From positions 39,464 to 103,463 of the IMG/VR virus record IMGVR_UViG_3300045911_000130: a stretch of 64,000 nt of DNA. One strand, given 5' to 3'. Made by a program: the position numbers and the translations under genes. Below the pieces are notes generated by a model, which was not told the origin of the DNA, did no database searches, and saw nothing but the letters and a program-made list of their open reading frames with translations. Positions 56,079 to 63,654 of the stretch are shown here, one piece after another. The stretch comes from a virus. Each line of letters opens with the position of its first letter. The first letter of the stretch is position 1.

Positions 56079-56540
56079 ATGACATTAAAGGCGCGGCGCG
56101 GCGAGATACTGCGCCTATTGGCTTCTGGCCTATCGCCTCATGATACAGCTTTGCGGGTGTTCGGTGCTCCGTCTCAAGGTGAGATAGAGTATTGCGTTAG
56201 GGCATCGCATGATGCTAGGGGCATAGCGCGGGCGCGGGTTGTGCTGGGTGTGGCGTCGCCTGAGGCGGTTCCTAAACCTGAGCGGCCTAAGCTGATCGAT
56301 CCTGAGGCGGCGGGCGATGGGCGCAAGGTTGCCGGGCTGAGTAGGCGGCTAGATGCGGCGCTGGCGCGTGTCGATCAATTAGAGCGGCTGGTTGCTGCCT
56401 TGGTCGGCATCAGGGCGGATAGTCCAGCATTGCGGGCGGCCTCGCTGGCGGCGCGGCTGCGTGAGTTTGAGCGCGGTGTTACTGATTCCCTTGCGCGGCG
56501 TGCGGGGCCGGGGTCTCGGGTTGGTTCGGGCGGTCGATAG
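56079..56540 (+). CDS. Putative HTH-like regulator, leaderless, opposite strand to the early genes
   Basis: 'RGEILRLLASGLSPHDTALRV' plus coiled coil; TTGCCG-N17-TACGCT ends 6 nt before the ATG. Confidence 0.55.
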   Translation: MTLKARRGEILRLLASGLSPHDTALRVFGAPSQGEIEYCVRASHDARGIARARVVLGVASPEAVPKPERPKLIDPEAAGDGRKVAGLSRRLDAALARVDQLERLVAALVGIRADSPALRAASLAARLREFERGVTDSLARRAGPGSRVGSGGR

Positions 56541-56763
56541 CTAGCATGATATACGCGGCGGATAGATAGGGCTCCATCTGGCGGGCGGCGGTATCTGCTA
56601 TGTTGATTTTCTTTTGCATGTCTTCCAGGTTCGTAACGGCGGCCATGTTGGGCCAATCTTTGAGCGTGTCTCGTAGCTCGGTTTTCATGGCGTCGATTTC
56701 GGCCAATAGGTGCGCGTGCTGGTGGTTGATGCGGTTAAGGCGTTCGGTGATGGTCGGTTTCAT
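56479..56763 (-). CDS. Hypothetical early protein
   Basis: SD GGAG; ATGA overlap with the upstream gene. Confidence 0.55.
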   Translation of the reverse strand: MKPTITERLNRINHQHAHLLAEIDAMKTELRDTLKDWPNMAAVTNLEDMQKKINIADTAARQMEPYLSAAYIMLAIDRPNQPETPAPHAAQGNQ

Positions 56764-57074
56764 GCGGCAATTCTCCGGGGTTGGGGGTTGTTGGTTCGCA
56801 CATAGTACGGCTGGGCCGGGATGCGCGTATTGACGGCGGGCAAGTCCAGGTAGAGCGCATAAAGTCCATCGCGCATCTTGAGCGGGCGCGGGCGCTGGTC
56901 TGGGCGGTGTTGCCGGGCGGCGGCATAGATCCGGGCGGCGCTGGCGCGGGTCAAGGCTTCAAGCTCTCCAGCTTGGACGGCGGCGGCGATGATGGGGGCG
57001 GGGCCTGCGATGATAGTCAAGCCGTCGAAGCGGTCGCGTTTCGTTGCGCCATAGGCGCGGGCGGTGGTGTTCAT
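56760..57074 (-). CDS. Hypothetical early protein
   Basis: Start motif GGAGACACCCCAATG; begins MNTT. Confidence 0.6.
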   Translation of the reverse strand: MNTTARAYGATKRDRFDGLTIIAGPAPIIAAAVQAGELEALTRASAARIYAAARQHRPDQRPRPLKMRDGLYALYLDLPAVNTRIPAQPYYVRTNNPQPRRIAA

Positions 57075-57421
57075 TGGGGTGTCTCCTGGGGTTTGATCTG
57101 TTCAACACAATAGCGTATATTGGCGGCGGTGATCTTTGCTACAGTGTCGGCGTAGGTGGGTAAATCGGTGATGGCAAGCTCGGCGGCTGAAAGCTCTGTC
57201 CAGGTGCGGGACAAATAGCGCCATTTCTTGCCGGGGGTATCGATGATGGCTTCGACCTCGATGTAATGATCCTGGGCCGGGCGGTCGAATACTTCCACGC
57301 GGGCCATAATCCACGCTTCGGGCGTGAATGGGTGGGGGACGTGGGCGCGGTATACGGCGGCGCTGGTGGCGTCGGCGGGGCGGTGGGCCGGGGGCGGTTC
57401 GTGTGGCTTGAATGGGGCCAT
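57071..57421 (-). CDS. Hypothetical early protein
   Basis: MAPFKPHEPP...; ATGA overlap with the downstream gene. Confidence 0.55.
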   Translation of the reverse strand: MAPFKPHEPPPAHRPADATSAAVYRAHVPHPFTPEAWIMARVEVFDRPAQDHYIEVEAIIDTPGKKWRYLSRTWTELSAAELAITDLPTYADTVAKITAANIRYCVEQIKPQETPQ

Positions 57422-57426
57422 ATGCG

Positions 57427-57627
57427 TTACTTCTGGGCGAATAGCTCGGGCTGGGCCTCGCCAAACAAGGGGCCGAAAATTTCGCCTTGGCGGCGGCGTG
57501 AGTACTTCCAATCGAGTGTCAGGGCGGCGGCCACGTCGGCGGCGCGGGTAGCGCGGGCCTCTTCCTCGGCGCGGTTGATTTCGTCTTCGATGGGTGCAAG
57601 CAAGCTTGTCTGGTAGGGGCGGCGCAT
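57427..57627 (-). CDS. Hypothetical early protein
   Basis: SD AGGAG; contains QTSLL and QPELF. Confidence 0.55.
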   Translation of the reverse strand: MRRPYQTSLLAPIEDEINRAEEEARATRAADVAAALTLDWKYSRRRQGEIFGPLFGEAQPELFAQK

Positions 57628-57636
57628 TGGTGACTC

Positions 57637-57996
57637 CTAGGCGATGATGGCGGCGCGGGTGGCGTCTTGTTTGGCAAGTACCAGGGCGGCCACGTTGGCA
57701 TAGGTGGCGCGGGCGGCGTCGATGGCGTAAGCGATATGCTTAGCGGCGGCGGCGGGGTCTTCGCTGACCATGAGGGCGGCGCGGGTGATGGCGGCGCGGG
57801 TATCGGCCAAAGCGATATAACGGGCGTGCTGGCCTTCAGTGTAGGCGGCCTGGGCCTGGGTCTCGAATTGGAGCGCGGCGTGCTGTAACGTGACGGCGGC
57901 GCGGTGCTTCAGTTGGCTGGCTTCGATGATAGCGGCGCGGTGGGCGGCGGCGCGTTCGGTTTGCGTGGTGTGGTGTGTGGTGTGCATGGCTTGCAT
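57637..57996 (-). CDS. Ala-rich helical early protein, leaderless
   Basis: -10 GATAAT 6 nt before the ATG. Confidence 0.6.
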   Translation of the reverse strand: MQAMHTTHHTTQTERAAAHRAAIIEASQLKHRAAVTLQHAALQFETQAQAAYTEGQHARYIALADTRAAITRAALMVSEDPAAAAKHIAYAIDAARATYANVAALVLAKQDATRAAIIA

Positions 57997-58002
57997 ACTT
58001 GT

Positions 58003-58045
58003 ATTATCGGCGTGGTGTGTGTTGGTGAATAGTGACTTTAGTACT
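58003..58045 (-). promoter_or_regulatory. GTAC-box promoter
   Basis: AGTACTAAAGTCAC-TATTCA-N17-GATAAT. Confidence 0.65.
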
Positions 58046-58065
58046 GTTTTGAGGGGGAAAATACC

Positions 58066-58290
58066 TTAGGGGGTGTTTCGTGCTTTCTTGGCGGCTAGCT
58101 TCTCGGCGCGGGCGGCCTGGGCGGCCTGTTTGCAAGCTAGGCTATAGATAGCGGCGGCATCGACGGTTAGGCGCTGGCGCGTTCCCTTTAGCCTCACGCT
58201 AACATAGCTTGCGTGAATGGTTAGCACTATCGGGCGGCCTCGATAGGTGCTGTAAGTTTCGCGCGTGGTGGGTTTGTCGGCCTTGGTCAT
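58066..58290 (-). CDS. Small basic early protein
   Basis: MTKADKPTTRET...; SD GGAGG; ATGA overlap. Confidence 0.6.
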   Translation of the reverse strand: MTKADKPTTRETYSTYRGRPIVLTIHASYVSVRLKGTRQRLTVDAAAIYSLACKQAAQAARAEKLAAKKARNTP

Positions 58291-58817
58291 ACTGGCCTCC
58301 GGGCCGGGCGTTCGGTTGCCAGTTGTGCTCCTGTGGCGGTGGCGTTGATGGCGATGAGAAGCGCAAGGGCGGCATAACTGAGGTAGTTGTTCCAGGTGGC
58401 TAGCATGGTTCCCTCGGTCAAGATACAGAACGCGGCGGCCTTGGCGGCGCTGCCGAATGCGCGGCGGGTCCAATCGAATACACTCAAGGCGGAGAATACC
58501 AGGGCGGCGGCGACAAGTAGCCAAAGCATCGGGCGGGCCTGGGTTTCGTGGTGCGCGATGATATAGGCGGCCACTGGCACAAATGCGCCTAGGATAATTC
58601 CCACAATGAGGGCGGCGGGGCGGCGGGCGGCGGCGCTGATTTGCGCCATTACGCTCATGTCTTGGGCCGGGCGTGCGGGCCGGGCGGCGCGGGCCTTCTT
58701 TGCCTTGGGCGCTGGGGTGTTGGGGGCCTCGCCTTTGGGGTAGCGGCGGCGGCTGGCTCCTGTGTGCGCGTCACGCTCGATGATGGCGGGCGCGGTGGTG
58801 TATTCGGTGGCGTTCAT
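58287..58817 (-). CDS. Multi-TM membrane protein
   Basis: About four hydrophobic helices; exact GGAGACACCACCATG start. Confidence 0.7.
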   Translation of the reverse strand: MNATEYTTAPAIIERDAHTGASRRRYPKGEAPNTPAPKAKKARAARPARPAQDMSVMAQISAAARRPAALIVGIILGAFVPVAAYIIAHHETQARPMLWLLVAAALVFSALSVFDWTRRAFGSAAKAAAFCILTEGTMLATWNNYLSYAALALLIAINATATGAQLATERPARRPV

Positions 58818-58832
58818 GGTGGTGTCTCCAGG

Positions 58833-59087
58833 TTAGATTAGTTCGACGGTGCCATTGATGGCGCTGGCTATGCGCTGGGCGATAACTTCCGTCATCTTCT
58901 CGGCATAGGTGGCGCTGGTGGTGTAAATGCTATCGCCAATAGCGCGGAACGTGCCGATGGGTTCGCGGCGAATGTACTCGATAGTCTTGGCGTGTATCTG
59001 AGCGTAGTACATGGGGCCATAATAGAAGAGTCCATCGCGGGATACCCAATAGAGTTTGGTGCGTTCGGGTTGCTGTTGGCGGCGCAT
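58833..59087 (-). CDS. Hypothetical early protein
   Basis: ATG 8 nt after -10 GATAAT. Confidence 0.6.
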   Translation of the reverse strand: MRRQQQPERTKLYWVSRDGLFYYGPMYYAQIHAKTIEYIRREPIGTFRAIGDSIYTTSATYAEKMTEVIAQRIASAINGTVELI

Positions 59088-59095
59088 CTTTATCT

Positions 59096-59138
59096 ATTAT
59101 CGGCGTGTGCTGTGATGATGGGAAGTTATTTTGGTACT
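59096..59138 (-). promoter_or_regulatory. GTAC-box promoter
   Basis: AGTACCAAAATAAC-TTCCCA-N17-GATAAT. Confidence 0.65.
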
Positions 59139-59159
59139 GATTTCTCTAGGGTGAGTACC

Positions 59160-59456
59160 CTAGATGGGCAATATGGGGGCAAGTCTGAGGCAAGCAATAA
59201 GTTTTTGCTTGATGCGTGCCTGAGTCATGGCGGCGGTGATCTGCTCGGCGGTGGCAAGCTCGAAACCTTCGGGGGCGTCGTCTGCCTCGGCGACTAATAC
59301 GGCGGCGCTGGGCTGGCCTGGGGCTGAGCGGCGAATGTACAGATAGCTTACGCGGCTATACGGTTCCTTCGCATAGGCTTTGGTGAGTTGGTCGGCTAGT
59401 AACTCGACTAGGGCGGCTGGCGTGGTCTGGGCGTTGGGGAAGTCGATAGGGGCCAT
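59160..59456 (-). CDS. Hypothetical early protein
   Basis: SD GGAG; 98 aa. Confidence 0.6.
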   Translation of the reverse strand: MAPIDFPNAQTTPAALVELLADQLTKAYAKEPYSRVSYLYIRRSAPGQPSAAVLVAEADDAPEGFELATAEQITAAMTQARIKQKLIACLRLAPILPI

Positions 59457-59472
59457 GTGATATTCTCCAGGT

Positions 59473-59503
59473 GCTCAAGGCAAGCGGGGTGCTTGCCTTG
59501 AGC
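59473..59503. other. 13-bp perfect intergenic hairpin without U-tract
   Basis: GCTCAAGGCAAGC-ggggt-GCTTGCCTTGAGC. Confidence 0.7.
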
Positions 59504-59513
59504 GGTCGAAGTG

Positions 59514-59690
59514 CTAGCTAGTGAATACGTTCACTCCGATTTTGACTTCCGGGTTTCCAGGTACGGGGACGTTTCCGGCGGTGCTGGCGACAATGGTTGT
59601 CTTACCGGACTTGGAACGCTCAAGGCGTTGTTTCGGGTCAATGCGGATAACTAAGATTCCGTCTTCGATGGTCATTTTCACATTCTTCAT
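59514..59690 (-). CDS. Small all-beta protein, 58 aa (not in ORF track)
   Basis: MKNVKMTIEDGILVIRID...SKSGKTTIVASTAGN...IGVNVF resembles a widespread uncharacterised family; exact start motif. Confidence 0.75.
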   Translation of the reverse strand: MKNVKMTIEDGILVIRIDPKQRLERSKSGKTTIVASTAGNVPVPGNPEVKIGVNVFTS

Positions 59691-59751
59691 GGTGGTGTCT
59701 CCTATGGTTTGCGGTTGTTATTTGCCGTTGTTACGCGGCGGGGTTGATTTC

Positions 59752-59794
59752 AGTATGAGGCCGGGCGTGTGGCGTTGCAAGTAACTTTAGTACT
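59752..59794 (-). promoter_or_regulatory. GTAC-box promoter
   Basis: AGTACTAAAGTTAC-TTGCAA-N17-CATACT. Confidence 0.7.
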
Positions 59795-59808
59795 GTTCTG
59801 GTCTGGTC

Positions 59809-60321
59809 TCACACTGAGACGGGCGCGGCCTGGGCGGTCTTCCTGTCGGCGCGGAATTCAAGTATGTCACTCCACCACGTTGGGCGGTAGTAAGCTTTGG
59901 TCTGAATTGGCGGGTTGTCTCGCTTGGGGCGGAATATCAGTTTTCCGTCAAGGCTGGCAAGCTTCCAGTCTGGGCCGGGGCTGACAACGTAGTAGCTTCG
60001 GCCTTTGTAGTCGGCGCGGCCATATAGGCGGGTGTTCGGTTGCAGTCCTTCAGCGTCGGCGGCGCGTTCGGCCTCGCGTTCGCGTGTGATGCGGTCGGCG
60101 GCGCTAATGATGCGCTGGGCGATGGCGGCGGCGCTGGCCTCAAAGCATACATACCATTGCTTGCGCTGGGCGTCCCATCTGTCGTTGCAGTCCTTGATGG
60201 TCTCCCTGTACGGGTAGGTGTTCCCGGTGATGTAATAGCGCGTTCCTGCCGTGGTGGTGACGGGTTCTATGTCGATGGGCGGCGCGGCTGGGCGTGGCGT
60301 GGTGGGTGCTGTGGTGTTCAT
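59809..60321 (-). CDS. Hypothetical early protein
   Basis: 'GNTYPYRETIK....RWD...KQWY' motif common in phage proteins; begins MNTT. Confidence 0.65.
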   Translation of the reverse strand: MNTTAPTTPRPAAPPIDIEPVTTTAGTRYYITGNTYPYRETIKDCNDRWDAQRKQWYVCFEASAAAIAQRIISAADRITREREAERAADAEGLQPNTRLYGRADYKGRSYYVVSPGPDWKLASLDGKLIFRPKRDNPPIQTKAYYRPTWWSDILEFRADRKTAQAAPVSV

Positions 60322-60326
60322 GGTGG

Positions 60327-60641
60327 TTAGGCTCTCTCGGTGACAATGTGGACGGGTTTTCCCTTGAATTCGATTCCAGGGATTTGTGGATCTTCGGGTA
60401 AGTACGGCGCAAGCGCAAGCTTCAATGTGTCCAGGTCCGATTTAATCCGTTCGGTTTTTTCGTTGTACTTGAGTCCTGCGCCTTTGGCGACAATGGGGGT
60501 TAGCCAATGGGGCGGGGTGCTTTGGTCGGCGTCGATGCCATAGACGGCGATTTCTTTGCCGAACTTAAACAGGATGATGCTTTGACAGTAGCTCAAAAGC
60601 TTCTTTAAGTGATCCTGATAGCTTTTCTGGGTGCGGTTCAT
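60327..60641 (-). CDS. Hypothetical early protein
   Basis: Exact GGAGACACCACCATG start. Confidence 0.65.
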   Translation of the reverse strand: MNRTQKSYQDHLKKLLSYCQSIILFKFGKEIAVYGIDADQSTPPHWLTPIVAKGAGLKYNEKTERIKSDLDTLKLALAPYLPEDPQIPGIEFKGKPVHIVTERA

Positions 60642-60659
60642 GGTGGTGTCTCCTGGGTG

Positions 60660-60896
60660 TTAGGCTAGGTTGGTGGAATACCGTACAAACGCGGCGAAGT
60701 TGCGGGCCTTGCGTGGGCTGAAACCTTTCGCAATTGACCAACCTAATGTCAGGCTGTGCCAGTCCTCCTCTTCGTTCGGGTCGATTCGCTTCTGGTGCTG
60801 CGAAACATTCCGGGCAAAGTCTTACAATAGCGCCATAGGGTACGGTGCTTTCTTCCCGGTGTTAATGGTGATGGTAAATTCAGTTTTGCGTTTCAT
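60660..60896 (-). pseudogene. Small gene interrupted by one in-frame TAA (60822-60824)
   Basis: SD AGGAG; MKRKTEF...MALL*DFARN...FVRYSTNLA* fills the intergenic gap. Confidence 0.55.
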
Positions 60897-60901
60897 GGGT
60901 G

Positions 60902-61213
60902 TTAGCTCCTGGGCGATTTGAGAAGTTCGGGCGCGGGCGCGAATTCGCTAACGGGCCGGGCGCGTTCCCGTACAGCGATGATTGGGAGTGTGTTGTTTTC
61001 CTGCCATACGAGAATGGGGCGGCCATACGGGGCGGCGTGGATGGGCTGGAACTGGCGGTGCTGGAATTCGGCTAACAGGGCGGCGGCCATGTCCGCATAC
61101 TTGGCTTTGCCCCATTCCTGTACTCGGTCCCATTCCAGGGCGAAGTCTCCAGACTCATGAAGGATTTGCGCGTATGGCTTGGCGGCGGGCTGGGGGTCGG
61201 CGTGGGTGCTCAT
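60902..61213 (-). CDS. Hypothetical early protein
   Basis: Contains 'FQPIHAAPYGRPILVW' (DUF551-like WQPI..AP motif). Confidence 0.55.
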   Translation of the reverse strand: MSTHADPQPAAKPYAQILHESGDFALEWDRVQEWGKAKYADMAAALLAEFQHRQFQPIHAAPYGRPILVWQENNTLPIIAVRERARPVSEFAPAPELLKSPRS

Positions 61214-61215
61214 GG

Positions 61216-61488
61216 CTAATTGGTCCCTTCGCTGGGTCGGTTGGCGCGGGGGCTAAGCGGGTTAGTATTCACCCAAACGATTCCAGCGTCGGTATGACCG
61301 CCGATAAGTTCGTCGGTCCATCCTAGGGCGGCTGCAAGCTTTTCGGCGGCGGCGCGGTGGCCTTCGTGCATGGTCATGAAGGCGTCGGCGCTAACGATAA
61401 CCTGCTTGGCTTGGCCTGAGTGGGTAGCCTTGATGCGCGTGGGCTTCGTGGCGGTGGTCGGTAGAATCTTGGTGGTGATGGTCTGCAT
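61216..61488 (-). CDS. Hypothetical early protein
   Basis: 'MQTITTK.LP.T.T...RIKAT...H..AA..LA..LGW' recurrent phage family; start CAGGAAACCACTATG. Confidence 0.65.
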   Translation of the reverse strand: MQTITTKILPTTATKPTRIKATHSGQAKQVIVSADAFMTMHEGHRAAAEKLAAALGWTDELIGGHTDAGIVWVNTNPLSPRANRPSEGTN

Positions 61489-61562
61489 AGTGGTTTCCTG
61501 TGGTTTGAATCGGTGGGTGTTGCGTGGTGGGGGTGAGTCCACCACGCGGGCCGGGCGATGGG

Positions 61563-61916
61563 TTAGGCTCCGATGGCTGCCCATTCGGTCATGGCGCGGG
61601 TAGCGTCTTCGACCTGTGCGGCGGGGGTGCGTACCTCGAACTTGGGCGGGGGCAAGCGGCGGTTAGTCCATGCGGGTTGATAGACCTGGGCGGGGACTTG
61701 GGCGCGGGTCAAGTAGTCCAGTAGGCTATGGGCGCGAATGGCGGTTGCGAACTTGGCGATGGTGACAGGCTGGGCGGCGTTGGTGGGGTCGGCGAGAATT
61801 TGCCGGGCGTTGTCGAGTTCCTGGCGTTCGGCGGTCGAAAGCATGTGCTCGCCTCCCTGGCGGCCTGCAAGCGCTTCTAATTGAGTTTTGACGTATTGGG
61901 CGGTTGATGCGGTCAT
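61563..61916 (-). CDS. Hypothetical early protein
   Basis: Exact GGAGACACCACCATG start. Confidence 0.6.
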   Translation of the reverse strand: MTASTAQYVKTQLEALAGRQGGEHMLSTAERQELDNARQILADPTNAAQPVTIAKFATAIRAHSLLDYLTRAQVPAQVYQPAWTNRRLPPPKFEVRTPAAQVEDATRAMTEWAAIGA

Positions 61917-61958
61917 GGTGGTGTCTCCTGTGGTTTGCTTCGTGGTGTGGTGGGCGGC

Positions 61959-62216
61959 CTAGGCGTGCTGGCTGCAAAGATCCATCATGGCGGCCTCGGC
62001 GGCGGGGTCGGCCATGACTTCGGCGGGGATTTCCACTGCCCAACCTTCCGGGGTGCGCATAGACATTAACAGATAAGCTATTGCCGGGCGGTGGCGTTGA
62101 ATCCATCGGGAGCAATCCAGGGCGGCGGCGCGGGCGGCGTTGCGCTTGCCAATCACATATAGGTAGCTCTCGGCGTTGTTGGTTTCGCTGTTGGTGTTAT
62201 TAGCGGTGGTGTTCAT
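61959..62216 (-). CDS. Hypothetical early protein
   Basis: Start AAGGAGTTAGACACCATG; begins MNTT. Confidence 0.65.
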   Translation of the reverse strand: MNTTANNTNSETNNAESYLYVIGKRNAARAAALDCSRWIQRHRPAIAYLLMSMRTPEGWAVEIPAEVMADPAAEAAMMDLCSQHA

Positions 62217-62283
62217 GGTGTCTAACTCCTTGCTTGCTGAGTGGCTTAGCGGCCATATGCGGCGCGTGTCACTCTCTATAGAT

Positions 62284-62371
62284 AGAATAATGCGTCATCT
62301 TGCATTCTGAACTATACGAAAGTACCAATTTCGGTAGGGCTGATAACCTAGTACTCGCAATACGTGGTACT
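62284..62371 (-). promoter_or_regulatory. GTAC-box promoter with two extra upstream GTAC boxes
   Basis: GGTACTTTCGTATA-GTTCAG-N17-TATTCT; additional boxes at 62350-62355 and 62366-62371. Confidence 0.5.
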
Positions 62372-62773
62372 GTGCGCGTGGTGTGAAAGATGCGGCGCAT
62401 ATGCGCGTTGTCGCAAGGTGAGACGGCGGGCGGCCTGGGGCGCAAGTCGGCGCGGGTCGGTCCTCGGGCCGTGGCTGCTTTGTCGCTGGGTGGCGATGAT
62501 GCCGGGGGAACGGGACGGGCCGGGCGACAAGGTTGGCGGCGTAGGTGGGAAGCAAATAGAGAGACAAGAGAAGAGACTATAGAAGCAAGCCCAGGGAATC
62601 CAGGTGCATAGTAGGCTTCCAGGTGGCGCGGCGTGGCGCGGGCCTAAGTCCATTCGTTGCAGTGCTTCGCCTTCCCTATCCCCTCCTCTCGCATCCTTCG
62701 CCATGCGGCGGAATCCAGGGGGGAAGTTTAACTTTCTCCGTCTAGCGCTAAGGGGCGGCGCTTCCCGGCGTGG

Positions 62774-62881
62774 TTAATACCAGTTGCGTCTTTCTTCGTC
62801 GGTGGTGGGCGGTATCGGGTCGGCGGGCCTGAGGGCGGCGATAATCCAGGTGATGAGGGCGGCGGCGATGAGTAGGTACAT
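62774..62881 (-). CDS. 35-aa single-TM peptide, leaderless (not in ORF track)
   Basis: MYLLIAAALITWIIAALRPADPIPPTTDEERRNWY; TTCCAA-N17-TACAAT ends 6 nt before the ATG. Confidence 0.5.
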   Translation of the reverse strand: MYLLIAAALITWIIAALRPADPIPPTTDEERRNWY

Positions 62882-62961
62882 GGCTCGATTGTAGGGGAGT
62901 TGGCGGCGGGTTGGAATCGGGTTAATACCCTAGATTGACTCTAGGTGTGTTTTTGTGCTTC

Positions 62962-62989
62962 TGGCGACATAATACGGGTTATCAGAAGC
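62962..62989 (-). other. dif-like XerCD recombination site
   Basis: GCTTCTGATAA-CCCGTA-TTATGTCGCCA, 11-6-11 layout, in non-coding DNA. Confidence 0.5.
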
Positions 62990-63398
62990 ATTTTTTCTGA
63001 GGCACATCCGGCGGCGGAAGTCAAGCGATTTCAGTACTTTGGCGCGGTTTCTGGTACTCGGGGGCGGGTTTCGGGTTGCGGGGGCCTATGTTGGGGGTGT
63101 TGCGGGTGTTTGCTGTATACGTGATGGGGCGGGGCGGTGTATTGCTGTTCATGGGGTCGGCGGTAGCCTGGGGCGGGGCGGCGGCGGTAGTGCTGCGGCG
63201 GCGCGGCGGGCTAGCTGGGACGTTCGGAATCGCGGGCCGGGCCAGGCTAACTCGCACAGCGGGGCCGCCTCTGCGCCGCGCCGAAGCTGCGGCTTGGGCT
63301 TAACTTCACCCATCTCTCCAAAAAAAATGTAAACCAAAGAAAACAAAGGGTCACAACACGTATAAACACAAACTAAAAATAAAAAAAACAAATCAGGC

Positions 63399-63508
63399 GT
63401 GAATAAAAATGCAGAGAAGGCGGGTCTCAAGCCGGGGAAACGGCTATCAGGACGGGTTGGAGTGAATAAATATGCAAGAAAAGAGGGGTGGGAGTGAATA
63501 AGTATGCA
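63399..63508 (+). repeat. Three ARG-box-like repeats GTGAATAA(A/G)(A/T)ATGCA
   Basis: Copies at 63399-63413, 63462-63476 and 63494-63508. Confidence 0.65.
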
Positions 63509-63654
63509 GGATTGCTGGGAGAGGGAGAATTTGGGGGAAGCTGGTAGGATGGGGGAGCCTGGAGAGGCAGCACAGGGCCTCCGAGGCAGAGAAAATCGAG
63601 AATGAGAGGACAGCCGCAATGAATCAAGAGACGAGAGCGAGGATCGAGAGCATC

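Noticed and set aside
62295-62704. Overlapping 70-120 aa ORFs on both strands
   Set aside because: No RBS, implausible composition, overlap promoter elements; probably non-coding
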